Source: Camelus ferus (taxonomy: Eukaryota). From it: a DNA stretch of 64,000 nt. How positions within the stretch are numbered: the stretch's first letter is position 1; the number at the start of each line of letters is the position of its first letter. The notes below the pieces were generated by a model, which searched no databases, had not been told where the DNA came from, and saw nothing but the letters and a program-made list of their open reading frames with translations. This document shows positions 25,483 to 37,127 of the stretch, one piece after another. The stretch lies in assembly GCF_009834535.1 (NCBI RefSeq), contig NC_045697.1, positions 64,482,001 to 64,546,000 on the forward strand, written 5' to 3'. The translations under genes and the position numbers were made by a program.

Positions 25483-26982
25483 CTAAAAATAGAGTTACCA
25501 TATGACCAAGCAATAGCATTCCTGGGCATATTTCCAGAGAAAACTCTAATTTGAAAAGATACAACATTTCTGTTGATCCACATACATTTTAAGATTTTTT
25601 TTCTATTTCTGTGAAGAATGTCATTGAAATTTCATAAGGATTGCTTTGAATCTGTAGATCATTTTGGGTCATATGGACATTTCAACAATATTAATTCTTC
25701 TAATCCATAGACACAAGATGTCTTTCTATTTTTCTGCATCTAAATTTCCTTCATTAATATTCTATAATTTTTAATGGACAACATTTCACCACTTTGCCTG
25801 AGTTTATTCCTAAGTATTTTGTTCTCATTGTTGCTGTTGTACATGGGATTATTTTCTTAATTTTTCCATTTCAGATAGTGCATTGTCTGTTTACAGAAAT
25901 GCTACTGATCATTGTATGTTGATTTTGTACCCTTCAACTTTATTAAATTCTCTTTATTAATTCTAACAGACTTTTGTTGAATCTGAGGTTTTCTATGTAT
26001 ATGATCACATAATCTGCAAACAGAGATCACTTTACTTCTTTTGCCGTTTGAATGACTTTTGTTTCTTTTTCCTTTTCTAATTGTTCTGGCTAGGACTTCC
26101 AAGAATATGTTGAATAGAAATGATGAAACTGCCTATCCTTTCCTTGTACCAGACATTACATTATAAGGAATGCCTCAGAAATTAAAAAAAAAAAAAAGCG
26201 AGTATTATAAGCAATGATACACCAACAAACTGTTAAATCTAGCAGAAATAGATCAATTTCCCAAAACATATAACATATCAAAACTGAGTAAAGAAGAAAT
26301 AGAAAGCTTGAACAGACAATTATCAAATAAGGAGACTGAATGAGTAATGAAAAGCCTTTTAACATGGAAAAACCCAATACCAGATGGCTTCACCAGTGAA
26401 TTCTGTCAAACATTCAAAGAAAAATTAATATCAATCTTTAAAGTCTTCCAAAGCATAGAACAATTCCAAACTCACTTTATGAAGCCAGCATCACCTTGAT
26501 ATCAAAACCAGAAAAAGATATCACAAGAAAAGAAAACTACAGGCCAATATCCTTGATGAGCAGAAATGCAAAAATTCTGAATAAAATACTAGAAGTTGAA
26601 CAGCACATTAAAAGTGTTATGTCATTTTTTAAGCAAGTCTTTAATTTTCAATGAATGAATTTACCTGCAACCACTGTTTCCCTCAGATTAAAATATTGAG
26701 AATTAAGTGTTTTCTCCTTTTTTTTAACTTAAATCTACATATATACACATATAGTCAGAATTCATGTTTAATCATATTTTAAGCCGTGGTTTGGGAGTTA
26801 GCATTAAGAAAAATTATCTAAAACTTGGAAGCTGGCATAATCATGTTTCAATGATTTCAATATGGTACATTGTTTAACAAAATCACCCAAAGATAATTAA
26901 TATCCAGGGGAATGTATTTTCGTTTGACTTAGCTAATTATTATGAATTTAAGCCCTCAGGCTCTTTGTAGTTATATGCTACA

Positions 26983-27120
26983 TTTTTTTTTTTTTTTGCA
27001 AGGGGGTGGATAATTAGGTTTATTTCTTTATTTAGTTTTTTGATGGAGGTATTGGGGATTGAACCCAGGATCTCATGCATGCTAAGCATGCACACTACCA
27101 CTTGAGCTATACCCTCCCCC
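26983..27120 (-). mobile_element. tRNA-Ala-derived camelid SINE (Vic-1-like, long tail)
   Basis: Reverse complement gggagggtatagctcaagtggtagtgtgcatgcttagcatgcatgagatcctgggttcaatcccc carries A and B boxes; poly(A) tail; short TSD cta[ca/ac]ttttt. Confidence 0.92.
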
Positions 27121-29749
27121 CTAACTTTTTGAAACTGTCTGGATGACATTTCTTTTTTCTAGTAAATATCCCCCAAAAGGGTACAATTTTATTGTCCTAT
27201 AGGATGTTAACTATCTCATTAAACTTATTTCAACTTTATACTATATAATATCTTTGTTCTTCTATTTCTAATTTGGACAGCTATTTCATATTTCTGGTTT
27301 TCTTATTTATGTGTTGAATAAAATCTTTGAATAGTGATCATTCTATATTTATATAAATCATGTTTTAAATTTTTGACAATTATGCTTTGACATTTGAGAG
27401 CAAAATAAAGAAAATCACTGATAATGACTTTCATCCTTGCCACATGCCTTAAATCTTTCAGAATCATTAACTTTGTGATGTATTGAGGTATATAGTAAAT
27501 GAGTTATGATCTAAGAAGCTACTTAATTCAGTCAAGAAGTCGTTACTGTGCCCAGGTTTAAAAATAATATTTATAATGCTTACATGAAAGGAATTGAATC
27601 TTATTTTGATTCTAGTTGATGTCAAGTGTTCTAATAATAACTCAATTTTTTTTAAATCAGAAAACTGAGAAAGAATATGAATAACCATATTTTAACTATA
27701 AATTAGTTTCTGAGATATTAGCTTGCTTCACTGAGATAGAAATTAAAGGTAGAAAAAATAATAATTTGCTAAAGGAAAAAACTAAAATACTTTCATTTCT
27801 TCAGTGTCATGGGTTTTGCTGAGTAAAATATTTTAAAGATATTTTCAAAATAAGATATGATTATTTCATTGTATATTTCTGTTAAATTTCTCACATGAAG
27901 TTTTTCTCCTGATACAGTTCAGGCACTAAAGAAATAACTTACCTCTTAATTTCTAAGCCTTTAATAGTATAAAAACAAATTGGTCTTACTTTACTTATCT
28001 ATGCCTTTAATTTCAAGCATTATTTGTGAGAAAAAGAAATGGAAACAGATAAAAATGTTTCAATTGTTTCATCCGGTGCTTAATTTTCTACCTCCTATTA
28101 TAGACAAGGAAGCTTTGAAACAATTCTTTTTTTTTCTGAAGTGTCAAAACAGGCTATGAAGAGCTATATGATCTTTAAAAAAATCAAATTTTTATACTTA
28201 ACATCTCACAGTGTTTAAAAGAAAATTATTCTATGATGTTAAAAGACAGAGAGTAAACAATCTGAAACTTAGCCTAAAAAGGAAAATCTCATAATCATAT
28301 TATTCGTATGCATTTGCCCTAGGACTTTCAAGATTCAATTCATATTTGACATCATCCTCCTTAAAGAAATTGGTTCAAATAGGAAAGGAAAATAACACAA
28401 AATCATCTTGGAATACTTATTCTTTGTTCTATTCTGGATTATGAAATCAGAATAATAAGTTCATATTTTGATGAGGTCTCAAAACTCATAGCCATAGAGC
28501 AAAAGCATTAAAGCACTTGCATAGGTATGCTGAAAGTATATCCACCTTGATCCTTCACCAATTTGTGTCATACAACTAAAAAGTTAAGGAAGGGTAGTAA
28601 GAAATAATTTGTAAATGAAAAATCATAGCCATTAATAAATTTATTAAAATAATTATTTTGTCCTAAATCATGTGTATAAAATCATTCAAACAAGTCAAAA
28701 TTCTAACAACTTAAAAAAAAATAAAACCAGGACACACTTCTTGATAAATACTAACAAGGAATCATAAAGAGTATCTCGAAAATAGTTAATTTGGATTTGC
28801 AGTAAAATAAGAGTAATCCAAATTTATTCTGTTTATTTTTCACCCAGTTTCTGGAGTAAACTTTTGCCTTAATCTTTGGATACACCAGAGGGAATGCCAG
28901 AATAGACTTCTAATGGAATTCACAAGAGAAAAGTCATGCCTCTGGTATTAAATCAATTATGGCCATATAATTTGCTTTAAGTTGGAATAATTTTATACTC
29001 AGAGAGAAAGAATGAGATTGCTCTAAGTTTATGTTTTACATTTAGTTTATTCACATCTTACCTAATTTTTCTCCTATTTTACTGGTTCTATTGAAAACTC
29101 CAATCCCAAAGTTATTAATCTCAACAGTGTCAAGAATTTTTGTTTGCTATGCTTTCTTTTTTCACAGTATAATCTTGCCTATCTCCTTATATCAGCAATA
29201 AATTCTTGACTTTGAACTTTGCAGCAGTGAATTAAAATTTAGTGTGACCTCCTTCTAATTACTCTCTGCATACTGCCCTTCTATTCTATCTTGATTTCCA
29301 TGACTATTTCCTTCTAATACCTTCACTATGTCTCACTTGATTTGGCCCCAATCCTATTAAAATTTTTAATTTGTTGTTCAATCCAAAAGTAACCTCAATA
29401 TTAGTGTCTAGCTATACAAAACTTTTAACAGACACTATAATCTTTTGACTTATTTTTTAACTTGGCATGTCAGTCTAGAATCAGAATATTGCTTTCATTT
29501 GTGTCTTAGGCTCTAGCATAGTATTTGAATATATTGCCAGTTATATTTGCCTGGCAGTATTGAAACCTATCATTTAAACTGAAAGTGATAACTAAATAAG
29601 TACAATTTTATTCACAATAATCCACAAAATATTAAGCTAGTTAGTGTCATTATTAGATCATAAACCTAACTTTCTGATTCAAACCCAAAGTCATTCCTAA
29701 TATGCCACACTATCTACCTTATGCACCACATACTGATTTTCTTAGCAAC

Positions 29750-29912
29750 CTATGACTCAAACTGTGATCTTGGACAAGCAGCATTCTCATAATCAGGATG
29801 TTTTTTAAAAAATGCTGAATCTCACTTCACTCCTTAGAACAGCTGAAATAGAAGTCATATTTTAACAAGATCACCAAGTGACTTGTAAGTGGAATAAAGT
29901 TTGAAAAGCATT
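29750..29912. mobile_element. MER5-like hAT MITE
   Basis: actcaaactgtga...agcagcatt...aaatgctgaatctc...attttaacaagatcaccaagtgac...aaagtttgaaaagca. Confidence 0.65.
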
Positions 29913-30065
29913 TTACATATAAGTTAGAGTGAACTTTATCTTTCTTACTTAAATTCCAGATGTAGTACACTGTTCTTTTCTTGGGGGATTGAAAATAAAC
30001 TGCTTTACACTTCAGTGAAAAAACTGACTTCTGTCATGTAACTCCTTTATCCAAGCTCTTTTGAA

Positions 30066-30480
30066 ATTTATTCATTCATATTCATTTCTTCTCAAATAAT
30101 TATTGAGACTGTACTATGAGCTAGGCACTATTTAAGTAGAGAAGATTATAAAGAGAAAAAGATTTTTTTCTTTTCATTGATCCATATATTTGTTTATTGG
30201 TTCAATTATAGTAAAGAATGAAAACGTATAAAGAAAAAAATGACATTACTTTTGTATTGGACCCAGCATTATTCTTGGTTCTGGGGACTCCATAGCAATA
30301 ATAAGAGAAAAACTTGCCCTCATAGAGATTATATTATAGATGAGGTAGGCAAACAACAAACAAGATTAATAATTAAAATGTACAGTAGGTTAAAAGTAAA
30401 AAAGAGCTAAGAAGAAAAGCAAAGCAGTAAGTAAAAGTGAGGTTTGTCAAACTGAGGTTAGGGTTGCAAATTTAGAGAAG
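30066..30480 (-). mobile_element. L2 3' end remnants
   Basis: attcattc...attattgagactgtactatgagctaggcact; ctggggactcc...cttgccctcatagagatta. Confidence 0.7.
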
Positions 30481-30876
30481 GTTGTTGGCAATTTTGAACT
30501 AAATATTTTCTTTGAAAGCATATTTCTTTTTTATGACCTTGACTCTTATCTCTGTGTGGAAAACACTCAAGTCTAATCTTCAGCCTTAATATTTCACCGG
30601 TTTCTGGTTCCAAATACATTACAGTCTCCGTAGAGATTCTCTAACTATTCAATACCGTAGATTTATTATTATCAAATTACTAATCTGATGTCAGTTGAAG
30701 GCTCCCTTGAGTTTGATATTCTTCCCTAAAACTCTCCCCAAACCCATGCCTGGGGAAACCTTTCATAAACTTTTTTGCAAATTAACAAAGACTTATTCCC
30801 CAAAGATGTTTTTAACTTTAAGTATTTCTATGTTGTGTAAATCCAAATCTGGAACACAACTCCTTTTTAAGTTCTA

Positions 30877-30877
<1 letters not shown>

Positions 30878-30928
<51 letters not shown>
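30878..30928. repeat. Perfect (CA)25 microsatellite
   Basis: Directly visible. Confidence 0.97.
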
Positions 30929-30931
<3 letters not shown>

Positions 30932-31014
30932 CTCTCTTAGGTAACGGCATTAGTGAATAATGTAAACTTGATAGAAGATTCCATAGTAGAGATGGAGGAG
31001 GATGTTTGAATTAC

Positions 31015-31270
31015 ACAGTCATAGGTTGGGCTCCTCAAAATGGAGATTTTCATGCAAGTTGTTTATTGGGAAGTGCTATCTGGAACCACTCCAGAAAAGC
31101 AGTGACAAAGCAGGACTGGAAAGAGGAATAAGCTGAATTGTAATGATTAGGTTGCCAAAAAAGACCTCAAGCAACAGGTGGAAAGGGAGTTCTGAAACTG
31201 AAATGGCCTTTTAGAGATGTCCATAATTGAAGCCAGACATCTATATTTCTCCCTTAAACAGTCATCCTCT
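31015..31270 (-). mobile_element. ERVL LTR16C-like LTR fragment
   Basis: tgcaagttgtttattgggaagtgct...aagcaggactggaaagagg...gggagttctgaaactgaaatggccttttagagatgtcc. Confidence 0.6.
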
Positions 31271-31319
31271 TCTATCCCTACTAGGGAATCTTCTGTAACA
31301 TTTATTGTCTTTGTATCAC

Positions 31320-31730
31320 TTGTGCAGTTTGAGGTTCTCTAAGACAGACACCAAGATAGAATAGCCCTGCAAGAGATTTAATATGGCAATGTCTGTGAGA
31401 GAAAATGAGAAATAAGTGTAGAGGAAGCAGGGAGAGCTATCAGATTATGATGAAGATTTAATCCCTGATAAAGGAGAGGGAGGAAGAAGGAAGATTGGAT
31501 GGAAGGGTCTCAGGCACAGTGCAATTCTAATAGAATTTGGCAAGGTTGTCACAGAGTCCTAATGTCAAAGTTGCTTATCAGTGGAGTCCTTCACTTTTCA
31601 GGAATGGTTCTGCACTAGTAACCTTACTGGCTGAGTATAGTCCAAGGGAAGCATGGACTTAATTTTATAGCTCAGATGATTAATTTTCCCAAGAGTCAGG
31701 AAAATTGAGAAGCATATTCCCATAACTGGT
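31320..31730 (-). mobile_element. ERVL LTR16-family LTR
   Basis: aagacagacaccaagatag...tgcaagagattta...aaggagagggaggaagaaggaagattggatggaagggtctcag...gggaagcatggac. Confidence 0.6.
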
Positions 31731-31744
31731 ATAATGAAGTACTA

Positions 31745-32491
31745 GCAATGCTACTACAAAATGAGGGACTGGGGAGTGGGTGATTTACTGGGATACTTTA
31801 GTGCTTCTATACTTCTAATGAGAGTAAATGAGCTTTTATAAAAACCATGGACTGCTAATGACAATGTAACTGGAGGGTTAAAGACTTCAGTAGTGTGATC
31901 TGTGTCACTTTAAGACAATGAGACTAAAACAGTAGAAATGCTCACTAGGATGATGAGTATTTAAAATGGGAAGTAGAGAAAGGTGTTGAATATCAATTTT
32001 GGCTTCTATTTTCAGTAGCAAATAGATTTTACTAACCCTCTTATTTCATGCTTTTATTTTAAACATTGATAACAGCCACCATTTTGAAATGCCAGTCACC
32101 AAGTGGAATCAATATAGGACACAAGCATATCTGAGCAATGCAAGGGGTGGATATTACTGGATTCCATTTGATAAAGCATTCCATATTCCCTTGGCTCATC
32201 TCTGAGTTCATCTGAACTGTGGAGAACAAATACTGTGCTTCCCTATTCCTCATGAGACAATTCTGAGGCACAACCAACATGGTTTCTCAGAAGGTGCCTA
32301 TCAGAATTGAGCCCCAATAACCCACTTAGTAACACACCTTATATTGGCTTTTTCCTTTTTTCTTTTTTTTTTTTTTTTAGTGTAATTTCCCCTACTCCTT
32401 CATTTTTATTTCTTTGAATCACCTCTTAAATGCAGTACCTGCATTCAAGTTTTTAATCTCATCTGCTTTTGGGGGAACCCAAACTAAGACA
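31745..32491 (+). mobile_element. ERVL internal 3' remnant, polypurine tract (PPT) and LTR16A-like 3' LTR
   Basis: Integrase C-terminal-like DNA (gacttcagtagtgtgatctgtgtcac...aatgggaagtagagaaagg); PPT aaggggtgga at ~32142; LTR ends tctgcttttgggggaacccaaactaagaca. Confidence 0.7.
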
Positions 32492-33225
32492 ATAAGGAAA
32501 CTAGGCATTTGTTCCTAAATGTCAGGAATCTTTAAAGTAGGACTTGCTACATAGGTCCTAGTTCTAGAAATTGTTTGTAACTTTTTAGAAATATATCTGG
32601 AAAACTGCAATTGTTCAGTACTCCAGTGATCCCAGAATACTAATAAGAAAATCATCTCCTATAGGGGAGAAAAAATTTAAAACTCATGATTTTATTATAG
32701 CTGGAAATTGATAAAGTATGGTATTTTTTTCATTCTTAATGTAATAGTTATTTTGGTAGTTGTGAAAAGACTTGGCACAAAAGAGAAAAAAAAAACCCCA
32801 AATTATTTGAATCTATTCTCTTCTGAACAAAACAAGTTAAATATATTCAAAAGAACATGTAGACTTGGTTCTTTAATTTAAAAACATTAATAAGTATGTT
32901 GAATGCATTTGTGAAACTAGATAGAGATTATAAAGGCATAATTTAGTAAAATAAATTTTCAGTTAGTTATTTGATTTTCTGTACGCTAGCTAGAAGGTAG
33001 ATGCCTCAAAGTCTTAAGTGAAGAAGAAAAGAGCAATATAACTCTTCCCTTTTTCAGTTGTGATGCAAAATATAAAGATTTAGAAATGGGAAATTGGAAT
33101 ACGGGTCATTACACAGAAAACTTTAACAAGAAGTGGTACAACTAAGAAAGAAAATACCTTTCCTCTAATGCCTCTTCATAAAGCCATAATGATGTTTATA
33201 TTGCTGCTTATCTCTGTTAAAGCAG

Positions 33226-33270
33226 CTAGTTTTGTTTGGATTTGGTTTTGTTTGGTTTGGTTTGGTTTTG
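33226..33270. repeat. (TTTGG)n simple repeat
   Basis: Directly visible. Confidence 0.85.
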
Positions 33271-35379
33271 AAGGGAAAGGAGAATTGAAGTTTGAATAAG
33301 TTCTAAACTTTCAGACCCAACTAACATCTACATTGTAAGTTCAAAACTATACATTTCATTAAATAAAATCAAAACAGTTAAAATTTGGAGAATCATTTAA
33401 CATTGATAACTTTTTTCCCATATTATACTTTTCTTTTTCATAATCACTTAAACATATCTTTGATTAAAAATATCATTTTAATAATAAATTAATTTTTACT
33501 GTAAAATAGTGTGGAAGTGCATGCTCTGAGATCCAACTGGCCAGACATGAAGGAAATTACTTACAATTTGTTTTACCCAGTAGGATATAATTACTGAAAG
33601 ACAAACTATAGGTAAACCTCTAAGAGAAATTTAACTAGACTAGAGGCATGCCTTAAAATTCCAATTTCATTTCAGAGAAAGCAAATATCAACATTTCACA
33701 GTACAAAGTTTCAAAGTTTAAGTATTCTACTGACTTTTTCATGTAAAAAGATCAGAAATTATACCATATAATTTTAAATAAACATACAATAAGAAAATAC
33801 TGTTTTATTTATTTAATTTAATTTACATCTTTATGGTCAGACTAAGAAAAATGTTAATTTACATGCTTTATTTTTCCCTTCCTAAACACAACAGTGCCTT
33901 TACATTCCTATGGTAATGATATAGCCATAAAGTAGATTCTTTTGAAGACACAGTTTTCAAGAAATTCTATTCATGTCACATTGTTAAGAATCAGCAACTA
34001 TGTGAAATGAATATTCAAAGAAGTTACAAATCTCTGTACACTACTTCTGCAAGACTAGTCGACTGCCGTCTTAAAGTAGGCAGAGTTCCCAATGCTAAAG
34101 CATAAATTCAAGCCATCTAAGAAATCTTACACAGATGAAGCCCACTCTCTTGGGGGAAATCTGGGCAAAATAAGATTCAAGGCAATAAAACATTAAAATA
34201 GTTACATTTCAATAGCATCTCTTTCATGGCTGAGTGTTTCTTCTAAACTGAAATATTCTAGACATTTTGAGTTAGACAAAATCATAGCTTAGGACGATAT
34301 TCTACTGAGGCTCAGGAAGATATTTTTGATTCCATACTGTATGTTATAAAGAAAAATACTAGATAAATAAAATGAAAGACTAGTCTGAATCTCATAGATC
34401 TCATAAATCAGAAATTCGAGCACTCTGTATTAAAATAGCACTTCAAGTCACAAAGCAACAACACTTTTCTTTGCCAAGCCTTTTTAAAAATAAGGAAAAG
34501 CTTAGGGAATTCATAAAATTCCCTATTAGAAATACGATGGAAATACGAAAGCAACTAAAAAAGGAACTCACATAATATATTGAAATAAGTAAAAGTATTT
34601 GATAATATATTTTCATAGGTGGGTCTTCAATTCCGTAAAATGAACTTCCAAATTTATCTTGAGTTTACCAAAACTATTTCTTTATTTAAAGGAATTGTTT
34701 GTTTGTTTTTCATTTTGAGAGGTAGGATATCTACTATTATTATGATGGGAGATTGTCAGGAAAATATATAACATGGGAATTAAGTGGTAGATTTGTTTTT
34801 CTAAAATGTTTTATTAAAATATTAAACCAAATATAGCCATGGCCATATATCTAGCCTGCCAAAGAAAGTGACAATATATGTCATAAAGTAATAATATACT
34901 TCTATTGCATAATACATAATTGCATAATAGGGTTTTATTTCCTGATCAGTGGATAGCATAGAAAGCCAGAAGAATCAGTTTGGGAGAATCTTCTTTTATA
35001 GTTGCCAGGCTTACATATATTGTTACAGGGATTTTAGGACTTTCACCACCAGCTGCTTAGATTTTGCTTTACAAGCCAGAAAGCATTGGATTGTTACTTT
35101 TGGAGGGCCTATGCCTTCACTCCCAGTGAGCTGGCACCAGATGTATTTCTACCAAATATTATAGGACTTCCAATTCAACCCTTAGCCACTTCATCAGATT
35201 TCAGTCCTTCTTATTTTTAAAAGAAAAGTATATAAACATTAATTATTAATTTTAAAAAATTGTTAAAGGTTCACACTAAATTTTTTGTTTCACTCTGCAT
35301 TTTAAAATATTACAATTCTCTTAAGAATCACTTTCTGCAGTGAAACCCTAATTCAGAGTATGAGAAGACATATACACCA

Positions 35380-35470
35380 GAATGCAAACTCGACAAGGGC
35401 AGGGATTTTCTCATTAAAATCTATAATGCCCATTATGTTGCTTGGTACATAATAAGTAACAATGTATAGG
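35380..35470 (+). mobile_element. L2 3' terminus remnant
   Basis: aatgcaaactcgacaagggcagggatttt...gcttggtacataataag. Confidence 0.55.
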
Positions 35471-36169
35471 AAAAAAAAATATTTAGTTCTTTGAGAAACT
35501 ATGATGTTGAAGATGGAGGTAAGATTATTGAGATACTACAGTGATATTTCCAAGAAAAAAATGTTTAACAAAAAGAGAAAATTTAAATTTTATGTGCTTG
35601 TCAAATGTATCCTTCATATCCTGCAGAGAAATCTCTATAATCTAGTTTGCTCACATCTTTCTCTAATCAGGGATTCCTTCCAGCTTTTATAATCCCAGAG
35701 CAGAAAGTAATGTCATATTGAATTCTGAATTTAGGTGAGAGTAGTAAAACTGTCTTTAAATTATGACTTAGAACTAGGTATTTTATAGATAGCATATACT
35801 TTTCTTTTGCGGTGTATGTAGTCCCAGATCAAAAAAATTAACATTTTATGTACCTTACAGACCAGTTCTTTTTGTTTATGGATGGAAGCCATGATTTTAT
35901 ACATTTTTATCAAAGTCACAAATACTGAATTTCATAAAGCCATCTACAGCTTATTGGAAACCATTCTTCCATCTGTTGATAAAGATTATTAATCAGTATA
36001 TTAATTTTCCAATGGATCTTCTTTGGAAAATCCATCTAAACGTTTCTCTTAAGTCATTATCAGAGTTTAAATTTTACTATAGCATAATCTACATATAAAT
36101 TATTTCACAGAGGAAAATGATTTTTTAATTATTCTCCTGAATTCCTTAATTATATAGTAATCAAACTTA

Positions 36170-36845
36170 TCACATTTCTATTTATCACAGATAAACAAAG
36201 GAAAATCATCAATAATTAAAATGATTCATAGATGCAGTAAAGCATTGGATGACAGTCACCATTCATTAAAAAAAAATTTTTTTAAGTAAGAATAGTGGTA
36301 ATGTCAATCTGATAAAGAATATCTATAAGATCCCAAAACAATCATCTTTCTGGTGAATTGTGAATTATATAAAGATTAGACATGATACAAGCATGCCCAC
36401 TCTCAGAATGTCTAATGAACATTATCTTAGCAGTCTTTTCTAATGTAACAAGAATAATAAAATTGAATTAATTAACTGTAGTTTATTTACACAATTCAGC
36501 AATGAAGATGAATGAGCTACTGCTACATACAAAAACATAAACAAATCTTACACACAAAATGTAAAGAAAATGAAGCCAGTCACAAAAGAAAATTGTTTGT
36601 TTCCATTATAAAAGGTTCAAAACAGATTAAAACTAGTATAGGCTATTGGGAGTCAAAGAAATGGTACCATTGGAGGAAAACTGGTCCTTACAAAGGGCAT
36701 AAAGGAGTTTCTGGAGCTCTGATAATATTCTCTTTCTTTATCTGTGTGCTGTTTACACACTTCATTAAAGCTTATCTGTCCTATTTATTTAGTTATCACT
36801 TGTACACTGTTTTGTACGTATATTTCAATAAATGTATTTTTAAAT
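36170..36845 (+). mobile_element. Old L1ME fragments (ORF2 piece plus 3'UTR)
   Basis: atagatgcagtaaagcattgga; aatgaagatgaatgagctactgctacat...aagccagtcacaaaag...ttcaataaa. Confidence 0.7.
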
Positions 36846-37127
36846 GGAATCTTCTACTTGCTACTATGTAAAAAGTAATTCTGTTTAGTAAAATAGTAAT
36901 ACTATATAATACATAGAATATTTTAAGATGTATTAACACTTTATATATCAATACATAATAACATTTCCAAAAGTTCATTATATAATACAGTAATGCTATA
37001 TAGTAATGTGGTAAATTATGTGATAATTCATTAAACTATAATAATTATAGCTAATATGTATCATGTTTAATGCATGAACAATTCTAGTACTGTATATATT
37101 AACATATTAAATCCTAAAATAAAATCC

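Noticed and set aside
27044..27117. tRNA-Ala(AGC)-like cloverleaf
   Set aside because: It is followed by a SINE tail, poly(A) and TSD, and has two paralogues in the window. It is a SINE head, not a tRNA gene.
28848..33140. Plus-strand acceptor-like sites at ~28847 and ~33057 with short open frames
   Set aside because: Donors are poor (gtatta, gtacaa) and the peptides are unrecognised; such sites are expected by chance in T-rich DNA.
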